A DNA stretch of 35,175 nt from an uncultured Methanosarcinales archaeon (GCA_964419615.1 CAYQPU010000016.1:1-35175), one strand, 5' to 3'. Positions 16,747 to 24,909 are shown, numbered from the stretch's first letter. Translations and numbers: made by a program. The notes: generated by a model not told the origin, from the letters alone.

Positions 16747-17027
16747 TGGGGACGCAGGGACTTTCAAAACCTTTTAATGGCTTGAGTCGTGGCCATCTTG
16801 TGTTTATAAACGCCACGTCATGGGATTTTAATCCCATTACTTTTGGTCAAGCTTTTGCTTGCGTAGCAAGGAAAAGGTTGATTTGAACCCCGATCCATTG
16901 GTGTCTTCATCCGCTGATACACCAGTAGTTCTTCACAGCTTTACGCTCAGCGCTCCTCTGGAGCCAATGATGATAGTATCCCCAAGATCAATATTATTTG
17001 ACCTTGACCAGGTTACACCACGTCCCC
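16747..17027 (-). tRNA. tRNA-Trp(CCA) interrupted by three introns (about 16977..17007, 16903..16957, 16761..16881)
   Basis: Removing the introns gives a 74-nt cloverleaf GGGGACG TG GTGT AACCTGGCTA TCAT C ATTGG CTCCAGA CCAAT GGAT CGGGG TTCAAAT CCCTG CGTCCCC A, closely resembling euryarchaeal tRNA-Trp. The D-loop intron junction is uncertain by 1-2 nt. Confidence 0.88.
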
Positions 17028-17051
17028 CTGCAGACAAAAAATCTTTGGATA

Positions 17052-17059
17052 TATATAAA
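17052..17059 (-). promoter_or_regulatory. TATA box of tRNA-Trp
   Basis: TTTATATA on the minus strand, 24 nt before G1 of the tRNA. Confidence 0.6.
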
Positions 17060-17141
17060 TCTTATTGGTTAGTAGCGTATTATTTATATTCACAGATCAA
17101 TTATTAATAATCTGGGTAATCAAAATAAATTGGTGAAATAA

Positions 17142-18092
17142 TTGTTTGCAAGATCAAAACAAGACATAGACACAAGCATAATTGATGTTTACAATAAGCT
17201 AATCTCCAAAGAAATACCTAATAAGGTAATCTCAGGTCTTCCGCAAGATACGCAGAGTACGGCAATTTTACTTTTGGCCAGAATTAAACCCAATTTTTTA
17301 CTTCAATTTGTTAACCCTAGTGATATATCAAACTTAGAAGAAATTTACAAAGACATTGATATAGTCATAAAAACATTTGAACATGAGGGCTTATCTTTTC
17401 AGATAATAGGCACCAAAGAAAAAGAAGTTAATAAGCTTTATGATCTACATATAATGCAAAGCAGTAATAATACAAAAATTCAAGTTAAAGCCACTGAGCA
17501 GATAGGTAGATTATTAGGTTATCCTGTCTGTTGTACTTACAAGTCAGATATACCTGATTTTCATTTTCACAAATATTCTGATCTTTTAGATCCTAATGGA
17601 TATTTTTTCAAAATAAACAGTCCTTGGCCATTTTACACTAATAACTTTACACCATTTAAAACAACTCATCATTGTCCATGCTCACCAAGGTGTCAAAAAA
17701 CAAGATTATTAAGCTCAAGATCACTAAAGGTTGAGCAGCTTGTTAATAAAATGTTTACAGAAGACAAGATAAAACAATATATCTTATCAAAATCAGGCTT
17801 TGTATTAAAGTTTCAAGATTATTTATTCACTCATTTTTATGCAGCAAAAAAACAAGACAAACTTAGAATAAAATCTGTGAAAATGTCAGTAACAAGACCT
17901 GACAAAAACAAAACCCATTGTAAGGATAATTATTATTCACGTATTAATCTTATTAAATCATTATCAATAAACAGTATAATTAATGTAACAGATCAACAGA
18001 TCATTCTTGAAAAAGGAGATAAACAAATCATATATAACAAAAAGGACAAATCTGACGGAGTTTTAATTGAATACACTCCTCATGTTAAATGA
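17142..18092 (+). CDS. Hypothetical protein with a DUF483-like Cys cluster
   Basis: IGRLLGYPVCC and HHCPCSPRC motifs; TTG start after GGTGA. Confidence 0.6.
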   Translation: MFARSKQDIDTSIIDVYNKLISKEIPNKVISGLPQDTQSTAILLLARIKPNFLLQFVNPSDISNLEEIYKDIDIVIKTFEHEGLSFQIIGTKEKEVNKLYDLHIMQSSNNTKIQVKATEQIGRLLGYPVCCTYKSDIPDFHFHKYSDLLDPNGYFFKINSPWPFYTNNFTPFKTTHHCPCSPRCQKTRLLSSRSLKVEQLVNKMFTEDKIKQYILSKSGFVLKFQDYLFTHFYAAKKQDKLRIKSVKMSVTRPDKNKTHCKDNYYSRINLIKSLSINSIINVTDQQIILEKGDKQIIYNKKDKSDGVLIEYTPHVK

Positions 18093-18114
18093 ATTAAGAT
18101 CTACTTAGTAAAAT

Positions 18115-18825
18115 TTAGCCTGCAACGCTAAACACATAATCAATCTTTGGATCATTTAGATACTTGTAAACAAACTCTTCTAGTTCTTTTTTATGACCTG
18201 CTCCAACCACAGCAAGAATTTTTTTGTTTGGTTCTTTCATTACAATCTTAGCAAGTTTTTTTGCCATGTACCTATTTCTATCATCAACTAAAACTTTATA
18301 TATTTTTGGATACCTCTTTTTAAGTTCAAGCATCAGTTTTTCAATAAGTTTTGCATCTGGCACTTTTGTTAAATCAAACTTATTAATACTCTCTGTAAGA
18401 TCATCTCTTCCTAACAGACCCTTAACAATATCTCTGAATATTCTCCATTTTTCTCTCCAGTCCATTGCTTTTGAGAATCTTTTAAGAGTGACTTCAATAT
18501 CTTGATCAATAAGGGCTATCTTAATTTTATTTTTCTGTGCTAATTTTGCTGCAGTAAGCATTTCTTCACCTGGTCTAATCCCAACTCGCCTTCCTAGTTT
18601 CTTTTGAACATAACTTCCAATAATAGAAAACAAAAAACCATTTAAACCAACTCTTGGAAGAGCTGCTAAGCTTATACCTCTCTGTTTTTGAAAAAGAGCA
18701 ACAAACCTTTGTTTGTCAAGCTCAAGAGCAATAATATCTGGTTCTAGCTCATTTACAGCATTTTTAATCTCCTTAATACTTTGAGCTGCAATATGTGATG
18801 TACCTATGATAGTTAAATTATCCAT
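18115..18825 (-). CDS. TraB/PrgY-domain protein
   Basis: IGTSH, ALELD, PGEEM, LIDQDI, DDRNRYMA, VVGAGH. Confidence 0.92.
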   Translation of the reverse strand: MDNLTIIGTSHIAAQSIKEIKNAVNELEPDIIALELDKQRFVALFQKQRGISLAALPRVGLNGFLFSIIGSYVQKKLGRRVGIRPGEEMLTAAKLAQKNKIKIALIDQDIEVTLKRFSKAMDWREKWRIFRDIVKGLLGRDDLTESINKFDLTKVPDAKLIEKLMLELKKRYPKIYKVLVDDRNRYMAKKLAKIVMKEPNKKILAVVGAGHKKELEEFVYKYLNDPKIDYVFSVAG

Positions 18826-18876
18826 AAAATATGGGCAACCTAAATACTAATATAAATCTTGGGATAATCTTCATAT

Positions 18877-19800
18877 TTAACTTTCCTTAAAATATTCTAT
18901 TGTCTTTTTTAGACCTTCTTTAAGAGAAATTTCTGGTTCCCAACCAAGATTTTCTTTTGCTAGAGTAATATCTGGTCTTCTTCTTAATGGATCATCTTTT
19001 GGTAAAGGCTCAAACACAAATTCTGATTTTGACCCAATTAAATCTTTTATAGCCTGTGCTAGTTCAAGCACAGTGACTTCAGAAGGGTTCCCCAAATTAA
19101 TTGGTCCCATGTGTTCAGAATTAATAAACATATTAAGTCCTCTAATCAAATCTCCAACATAACAAAAAGACCTAGTCTGCTTTCCATCACCATAAATAGT
19201 AATTGGTTTACCCTGCAAAGCTTGATTGATAAAATTTGAAACAACTCTGCCATCGTTCTTTTGCATATTTGGTCCATATGTGTTAAATATTCTTACAATC
19301 TTAATCTTAGTAGTATGTTGTCTATAGTAAGACATACACAGTGCTTCACCAAATCTTTTGCTTTCATCATAACAACTCCTAACTCCAGTTGGGTTAACAT
19401 TTCCCCAATAACTCTCTTTTTGAGGATGAACTTCAGGATCCCCATAAACTTCAGAAGTGCTGGAAAAGAAAAAAACAGCATTCTTTTCCATTGCAAGCTT
19501 TAACAAATTATTAGTTCCAAGTGAATTTGTGAGCATAGTATGAATAGGTGCTGATTGATAATCAGGTGGACTTGCTCTTGAAGCCAAATGGAAAATCTGA
19601 TCAATCTCCCCTTTAATTTTAAAGGGTTTAATCACATTCTGATTAATAAACTCAAAATTATCATTATCATTTTTTACATTAGCTTTGCTTCCAGAACTAA
19701 AATCATCAGTGCAGATAACATAATTTCCTTTGTCAAGTAAATATTTACACAAATTACTCCCTAGAAAACCAGCTCCACCTGTAACTAAAATCCTTTTCAT
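18877..19800 (-). CDS. uxs: UDP-glucuronate decarboxylase (UDP-xylose synthase), extended SDR
   Basis: GGAGFLG, HLASRASP, STSEVYGDPEVHPQKESYWGNVNP, SCYDESKR, RIFNTYGP, DDPLRRRPDI. Confidence 0.88.
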   Translation of the reverse strand: MKRILVTGGAGFLGSNLCKYLLDKGNYVICTDDFSSGSKANVKNDNDNFEFINQNVIKPFKIKGEIDQIFHLASRASPPDYQSAPIHTMLTNSLGTNNLLKLAMEKNAVFFFSSTSEVYGDPEVHPQKESYWGNVNPTGVRSCYDESKRFGEALCMSYYRQHTTKIKIVRIFNTYGPNMQKNDGRVVSNFINQALQGKPITIYGDGKQTRSFCYVGDLIRGLNMFINSEHMGPINLGNPSEVTVLELAQAIKDLIGSKSEFVFEPLPKDDPLRRRPDITLAKENLGWEPEISLKEGLKKTIEYFKES

Positions 19801-20708
19801 TTAAACCACTCCACTGTCCTTTTTAATCCTTCATCCAACTTAATACTCGGCTCCCAACCTATCATCTCTTTAGCCAGGTTATTACTTAAAAATATCCTCT
19901 CAACTTCTCCTTTTATCTCAGGTCCAAATTCACATTCAATATCTGAGCCAATAATACTTTGAATTTTTTTAAATAATTCAATAATACTGATCTGCTCTCC
20001 TTTTCCAACATTAATTATTAGGTTATTGTTAGTGGAATTTAGGGCAAGCAAATTTGCTTTAGCAATATCCTCAACATAAATAAAATCTCTTGTCTGTTCT
20101 CCTTTTCCATTAATAATACAATTTTTCCCATTTAGCATATTGTTGATAAATATAGATACTACTCCTGCTTCACCACCTTCTTGCCTTGGACCATACACAT
20201 TTGCATATCGCAGTGATGTGTATCTAATCTTACAAGCAGTAAAATAATAATGCAACAAGAGCTCAACAGCGTACTTTGAGGCGCCATATGGACTTAGTGG
20301 TTTAATTGAGTGATTTTCATCACAAGGTAATTGTTCAGGTTCACCATAAATCGCACCGCCTGAACTAGCATAGATAAAGTGTTTAACATTATGCTCTTTA
20401 CAGCACTCTAACAAATTGATACTTCCCAATATATTAATCTTTGAATCTAAAACAGGATCCTTTATTGAATCTCTAACATTAATCTGAGCAGCGTGATGAC
20501 AAACAACATCGGGTTTTTCTTGCTTAAAAATCTCACTTAATCCCTTAGAACAAATATCTCTTAGGTACAACTTTGCTTTTTCATTAACATTTTTCCTTTT
20601 CCCTGTACACAGATTATCAATAACAACTACTTTGTGACCTTCTTTAATGAAAATATCAACTACATGACTACCAATAAAACCAGCTCCTCCTGTAACTAAT
20701 ATTTTCAT
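19797..20708 (-). CDS. NAD-dependent UDP-hexose 4-epimerase (GalE-like)
   Basis: GGAGFIG, HHAAQINV, SSGGAIYG, SPYGASK, LRYANVYGPRQ; 4-nt overlaps with both neighbours. Confidence 0.9.
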   Translation of the reverse strand: MKILVTGGAGFIGSHVVDIFIKEGHKVVVIDNLCTGKRKNVNEKAKLYLRDICSKGLSEIFKQEKPDVVCHHAAQINVRDSIKDPVLDSKINILGSINLLECCKEHNVKHFIYASSGGAIYGEPEQLPCDENHSIKPLSPYGASKYAVELLLHYYFTACKIRYTSLRYANVYGPRQEGGEAGVVSIFINNMLNGKNCIINGKGEQTRDFIYVEDIAKANLLALNSTNNNLIINVGKGEQISIIELFKKIQSIIGSDIECEFGPEIKGEVERIFLSNNLAKEMIGWEPSIKLDEGLKRTVEWFK

Positions 20709-21442
20709 TTTTTGTTAAATTCTTCTCTAGCTTTTTCTAATGCAGAATGATAGCCTATATCAAACCAATTTCCTTTATACACAAAACCACTAAGATCTTC
20801 ATTAACAAGTAGCCATTCCATAAAATATCCCATCTTGTCTGGCTTGTTACCTTGCTCAAGGTACTTTGAAATCATCCCAACTTTATTTTTTGGCAACAAG
20901 TAAATCCCCATTGAAGCCAAAGTTGATTTAGGAGATTCTGGTTTTTCTTCAAATTCAATAATCTTATTATTATCATCTAATGTAACCACTCCAAGCTGTT
21001 TTGCATCTTCTTTGCAGCCAACATCATATAATGCATTTATTATACTTCCATTTTCAATAAAAAAACTATGTACATCTTCTAATTGGAAATCAAAAAGATT
21101 ATCTCCTGCAATAACAATCAAATCATCATCTACCCTAGCTTTGTCAATCACAAATTGAATATCTCCAATTTGACCTAATCTATCCTCATTAGATATTGTA
21201 CCATCATTAAACACCTTTACCGGAACAGAACAAGAAAAATTTTTAACCCAATTCATAAAATTTGCATAGAACTTATTGTTGGTAACTATTAAAATTTCAT
21301 CTACCCCCTCCAGATTCAATGTTTTGTCAATAACATGTTCAATAATTGGTTTTCCTTGCACATCTAATAGATGTTTAGGATTATCTTTTGTTAATGGGTA
21401 TAACCTAGTAGCATAGCCTGCTGCTGGAATTAAAACTTTCAT
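20705..21442 (-). CDS. Sugar-1-phosphate nucleotidyltransferase
   Basis: AAGYATRLYPLT..PKHLL, NDGT.SNEDRLG, IAGDNLF, FEEKP, WFDIG. Confidence 0.92.
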   Translation of the reverse strand: MKVLIPAAGYATRLYPLTKDNPKHLLDVQGKPIIEHVIDKTLNLEGVDEILIVTNNKFYANFMNWVKNFSCSVPVKVFNDGTISNEDRLGQIGDIQFVIDKARVDDDLIVIAGDNLFDFQLEDVHSFFIENGSIINALYDVGCKEDAKQLGVVTLDDNNKIIEFEEKPESPKSTLASMGIYLLPKNKVGMISKYLEQGNKPDKMGYFMEWLLVNEDLSGFVYKGNWFDIGYHSALEKAREEFNKK

Positions 21443-21446
21443 ACTG

Positions 21447-22736
21447 TCACCTCCCTACACTATGGTATTCAAATCCTAGTTTTTTCATCTCTTCAGGTTT
21501 AAAAACATTTCTACCATCAATTAAAATCGGTGAATTCATTAAATTCTTGACTTTGGCCAAATCAGCATTCTTGAAATGATCCCATTCTGTCACAAGAATC
21601 AAAGCTTCGCAATCTTTACTTGTTTCATAAAGATCCTCACAAAACTCTACATTACTCAACATGGCTTGAGCATTCTTCATTCCACCAGGACAATGAGCCT
21701 TAATTTGTGCACCTTCTTTTTGTAATGCACTAATAATATCAATAGATGGAGCTTCTCTCATATCATCTGTATTAGGTTTAAATGATAATCCCCAGATCCC
21801 AATCTTTTTGTCTTTTAAAATCCACATAACATCTTGGATCTTTTTTACAAACATTTCTTTTTTGTGTTTGTTAACTTTCTGAACTTCTTTTAGAAGTTTA
21901 AAATCATAACCTAACTTGTTTGAGATATGGACAAATGCATCTACATCCTTTGGAAAACAACTTCCACCATAACCAATCCCTGCATTTAGAAATCTTGGTC
22001 CTATTCTTGAATCTAATCCCATTCCTTTTGCAACCAAGTTAACATCAGCTCCAGTTTTCTCACAAATCTCAGCGACAGCATTAATAAAACTAATCTTAGT
22101 TGCCAAAAATGAATTTGATGCATGTTTAATAATCTCAGCGCTTTTAATATCTGTAACAACAATTGGTGCCTTTATGGGATCATACAATTTCTTCATTAAT
22201 AATTCAGCTTTCTTGCTCTCAACACCTATTACAATTCTATCTGGATTTAGAAAATCTCCAATTGCAGAACCTTCTCTTAAAAACTCAGGATTTGATACAA
22301 CATCAAACTCCACTCCCTTTTTGCTATACTTTTCAAGAGTTCTTTTAACCCACTCTCCTGTTTCAACAGGAACTGTACTCTTCTCAACAATTACTCTATA
22401 TTCATCAAGGTGTTTTGCTATCTCTCTTGAAACATTCTCTACATAACATAAATCAGCACTTCCATCTTCTCTTGAAGGAGTTCCTACAGCAATAAAAATA
22501 ACTTCAGAGTTATCAACTCCTTCTTTGATATCAGTACTAAAATTTAACCTGCCTTCTTTTGCATTCTTGGCAACTTTTTCTTTTAAGCCAGGTTCATAAA
22601 TAGGAATCTTTCCTTGCTTTAGTGTTTTAATCTTTTCTGCATTATTATCAATGCAAGTCACATTATGACCTATCTCAGCTAAACAAGTACCTGTAACCAA
22701 ACCCACATAACCAGAACCTACAATTGCAACTTTCAT
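21447..22736 (-). CDS. ugd: UDP-glucose 6-dehydrogenase
   Basis: GSGYVG, IAVGTP, EKSTVP, SNPEFLREG, GYGGSCFPKD (catalytic Cys), FKPNTDDMRE, DGRN. Confidence 0.96.
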   Translation of the reverse strand: MKVAIVGSGYVGLVTGTCLAEIGHNVTCIDNNAEKIKTLKQGKIPIYEPGLKEKVAKNAKEGRLNFSTDIKEGVDNSEVIFIAVGTPSREDGSADLCYVENVSREIAKHLDEYRVIVEKSTVPVETGEWVKRTLEKYSKKGVEFDVVSNPEFLREGSAIGDFLNPDRIVIGVESKKAELLMKKLYDPIKAPIVVTDIKSAEIIKHASNSFLATKISFINAVAEICEKTGADVNLVAKGMGLDSRIGPRFLNAGIGYGGSCFPKDVDAFVHISNKLGYDFKLLKEVQKVNKHKKEMFVKKIQDVMWILKDKKIGIWGLSFKPNTDDMREAPSIDIISALQKEGAQIKAHCPGGMKNAQAMLSNVEFCEDLYETSKDCEALILVTEWDHFKNADLAKVKNLMNSPILIDGRNVFKPEEMKKLGFEYHSVGR

Positions 22737-22845
22737 TGTAAATCATCACCTCACTGAACAATACAAATTCTAAATTATATAAATATCTTACCAATATCCT
22801 ACTTTATCCGATAGATATAAATAGTGGCTTAATTTGAATTCTAGT

Positions 22846-23643
22846 ATGAAAAGAAAAATATCCATAACAATAGACAATTCAATCTTAAAAGAAATAGATC
22901 ATACGGTGGATAATGTTTATATTAGAAATAGAAGTCAGGCAGTTGAATCTTTAGTTAGAAAATCATTGGGTGGTCAGAAAACAGCTGTGATATTAGCAGG
23001 AGGTCCAGAGCAAAGACTTGTTCGAAATAAGGATTTTATGATTGGTGTTAAAATTGCAGGAACAACACTTCTTGAACATACAGTCAACAAACTAAGACGA
23101 GCAGGATTTAGGAATTTACTGATAGTAGGAAGAAACAAAATCCTTACAAGAGCATTTGAGATTCTTCGAGATGGAACTTCTTTTGGAGTTAGTGTGACTT
23201 ATATTGAAGAAAAAGTATCTAAAGGAACAGCAACCACTTTAAAACTAGTAAAGGGAAAAATCCATTCCAGTTTCTTAGTTGTTTATGGAGATCTTTATTT
23301 TTCAAAAGTTAATATTGATAGTTTATGGGATTCTCACATAAAATATAAACCAGTATCCACCTTAATGATCACAACATCTGCCAAACCTTCTGAAAAAGGA
23401 ACAGTAACAATGGAAGGTAACAAAATCCTTCATTTTGTACAAAAACCAAAAAAATCAGAAGTTTACTTAGTATTCTCACCAATATTTGTTGCAGAACCAG
23501 AGTTATTAGATTATACTGGAGAAAGTTTAGAAAATACAATCTTTCCAAAACTTGCTGAAAAAGGATTATTAGAAGGTTTTGTAAGCGCAGAAAAAGAAAT
23601 ACATATTCATCAAATGGAAGATACTAAAAAAATAAAAAATTAA
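22846..23643 (+). CDS. Ribbon-helix-helix domain fused to a degenerate nucleotidyltransferase domain (putative regulator)
   Basis: KRKISITIDNSILKEID...RNRSQAVESLV (RHH), then VILAGGPEQRL and VVYGDL; ATG at 22846 with a TATA box about 25 nt upstream. Confidence 0.8.
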   Translation: MKRKISITIDNSILKEIDHTVDNVYIRNRSQAVESLVRKSLGGQKTAVILAGGPEQRLVRNKDFMIGVKIAGTTLLEHTVNKLRRAGFRNLLIVGRNKILTRAFEILRDGTSFGVSVTYIEEKVSKGTATTLKLVKGKIHSSFLVVYGDLYFSKVNIDSLWDSHIKYKPVSTLMITTSAKPSEKGTVTMEGNKILHFVQKPKKSEVYLVFSPIFVAEPELLDYTGESLENTIFPKLAEKGLLEGFVSAEKEIHIHQMEDTKKIKN

Positions 23644-23644
23644 A

Positions 23645-24682
23645 CTAATACTCTTGCCATGGGACTTCCATTGGTTCAGGTAATTCAGCTATTTTTGCAT
23701 TAATTTTATCCATAACTGCATCTGCCCACAAAGATCCATACTTTTGCCATCCAAATAACAGGATATCTGCAGAAAAGGCAGAACTTGGTTTACCAATCCA
23801 GGCTTGATTTGCATGATCAAGTGAATGAACATAACTATCAACAAGATAATTTGCCAGATCATCTTCCCTTACTGAATGAATATTAATGTTTGCAACATCA
23901 GGTAGTAATCTATCTCCCTTTTTGATATTATTTGGACCTTCTCTGTATGTGGCATGAACAACCAGATCATGTTTATGAAGGACTTCATCAAAAATAATAC
24001 CTACAGTTTCATAAGTAGCTTCTCCTTTTTTAGAGTGTAGTTCTTGTCTTTTTTCTACAAAAACTAAGTGCTCTCCAATATTTTTTGAAGGATTGTCAAC
24101 ATCTCCTCCAAAACCCCATTCTGAACCTGGAAATTTGTTGGTATCAGTACTTCTTTCAGAAGCTAAAAGCCATCCATTAAATGTTGTAATCAATAAAACT
24201 GGTGCAATTGGACCATAAGGTACAGGTAATCCTTGCTCTCTAAATATGTCTCTATAATCTTTAAATTTTAAAGCTTCAACTTCAGAATACAAAGTTTGTT
24301 CTAAAGAAAGTACTCCTTCCAAAGGATTTATATCAACAAATCTATATTGGACTCCTGGAGTCATTACTCTCTCAAATTTGGTTTGACCAGGTTTTTTGTA
24401 AAGCAGTGATTTTCTACCGTCTTCTTCCTTTAGTTGGATTTCAAATCCTTCATCAAGTAGTTGCTTAACTTTTTTATCAACACCATAATTCCAAATCTCT
24501 CTTTCCAAATCTTGAGCAGAACCATCTTCTGGATATTTTGTTTGTCCTTTTTCCAGTACTTCACATGTGATATTAAATGGACTCATCTCAAGAGGCATAA
24601 CAATCTTCCAAATAGGAGTTTTGTAATCTTGTACTTTAAGATGGGTTGTTGCAGTTTTAACAATAGTTTGTATATTATCCAT
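23645..24682 (-). CDS. Hypothetical protein with a divergent Nudix-like (NUDT22-like) domain
   Basis: LSLEQTLY...LLITTFNGWLLASERS...FPGSEWGFGGDVD pattern; the Nudix box is not canonical. Confidence 0.55.
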   Translation of the reverse strand: MDNIQTIVKTATTHLKVQDYKTPIWKIVMPLEMSPFNITCEVLEKGQTKYPEDGSAQDLEREIWNYGVDKKVKQLLDEGFEIQLKEEDGRKSLLYKKPGQTKFERVMTPGVQYRFVDINPLEGVLSLEQTLYSEVEALKFKDYRDIFREQGLPVPYGPIAPVLLITTFNGWLLASERSTDTNKFPGSEWGFGGDVDNPSKNIGEHLVFVEKRQELHSKKGEATYETVGIIFDEVLHKHDLVVHATYREGPNNIKKGDRLLPDVANINIHSVREDDLANYLVDSYVHSLDHANQAWIGKPSSAFSADILLFGWQKYGSLWADAVMDKINAKIAELPEPMEVPWQEY

Positions 24683-24759
24683 TTTAAGAAAAAAGTAAAT
24701 TGGGATTTATAAATCTTATTTTTAATTTTCAGTAGTTAAATCTGACCTTAGTAGTAACA

Positions 24760-24767
24760 TTTATAAA
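24760..24767 (+). promoter_or_regulatory. TATA box of 5S rRNA
   Basis: TTTATAAA 22 nt before the predicted 5S 5' end. Confidence 0.6.
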
Positions 24768-24789
24768 TCATCTGATTTTACCCTTTACT

Positions 24790-24909
24790 TGATGAACGGC
24801 CACAGTGGCTTGGTCCTACCCGATCTCATCCCGAACTCGGAAGTAAAACAGGCCAACGTTCAGGACATTACTGTACTTTTGTACGGGAAATCCAGAAAGC
24901 TGTTCATCA
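24790..24909 (+). rRNA. rrf: 5S rRNA (stand-alone)
   Basis: 120 nt; terminal helix TGATGAACGGC/GCTGTTCATCA; conserved CCCGATCTCATCCCGAACTCGGAAGTAAA and GGGAAA segments; T-run immediately after. Confidence 0.93.

Noticed and set aside
16739-16837. 33-aa N-terminal extension of the permease
   Set aside because: It runs through the tRNA acceptor stem and T-loop intron; family similarity begins at MGKKEV (16738).
16747-17027. Possible RNase P RNA or SRP RNA (GC-rich, about 280 nt)
   Set aside because: The hallmark motifs were not found, and the ends, D-arm, anticodon arm and T-arm all fit tRNA-Trp.
16859-17107. 82-aa plus-strand ORF in the track
   Set aside because: It is antisense to the tRNA-Trp gene; the local GC richness explains the open frame and there is no protein motif.
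18115-18825. TraB as evidence of conjugation
   Set aside because: This is the widespread TraB/PrgY-domain family common on archaeal chromosomes; no transfer genes are nearby.
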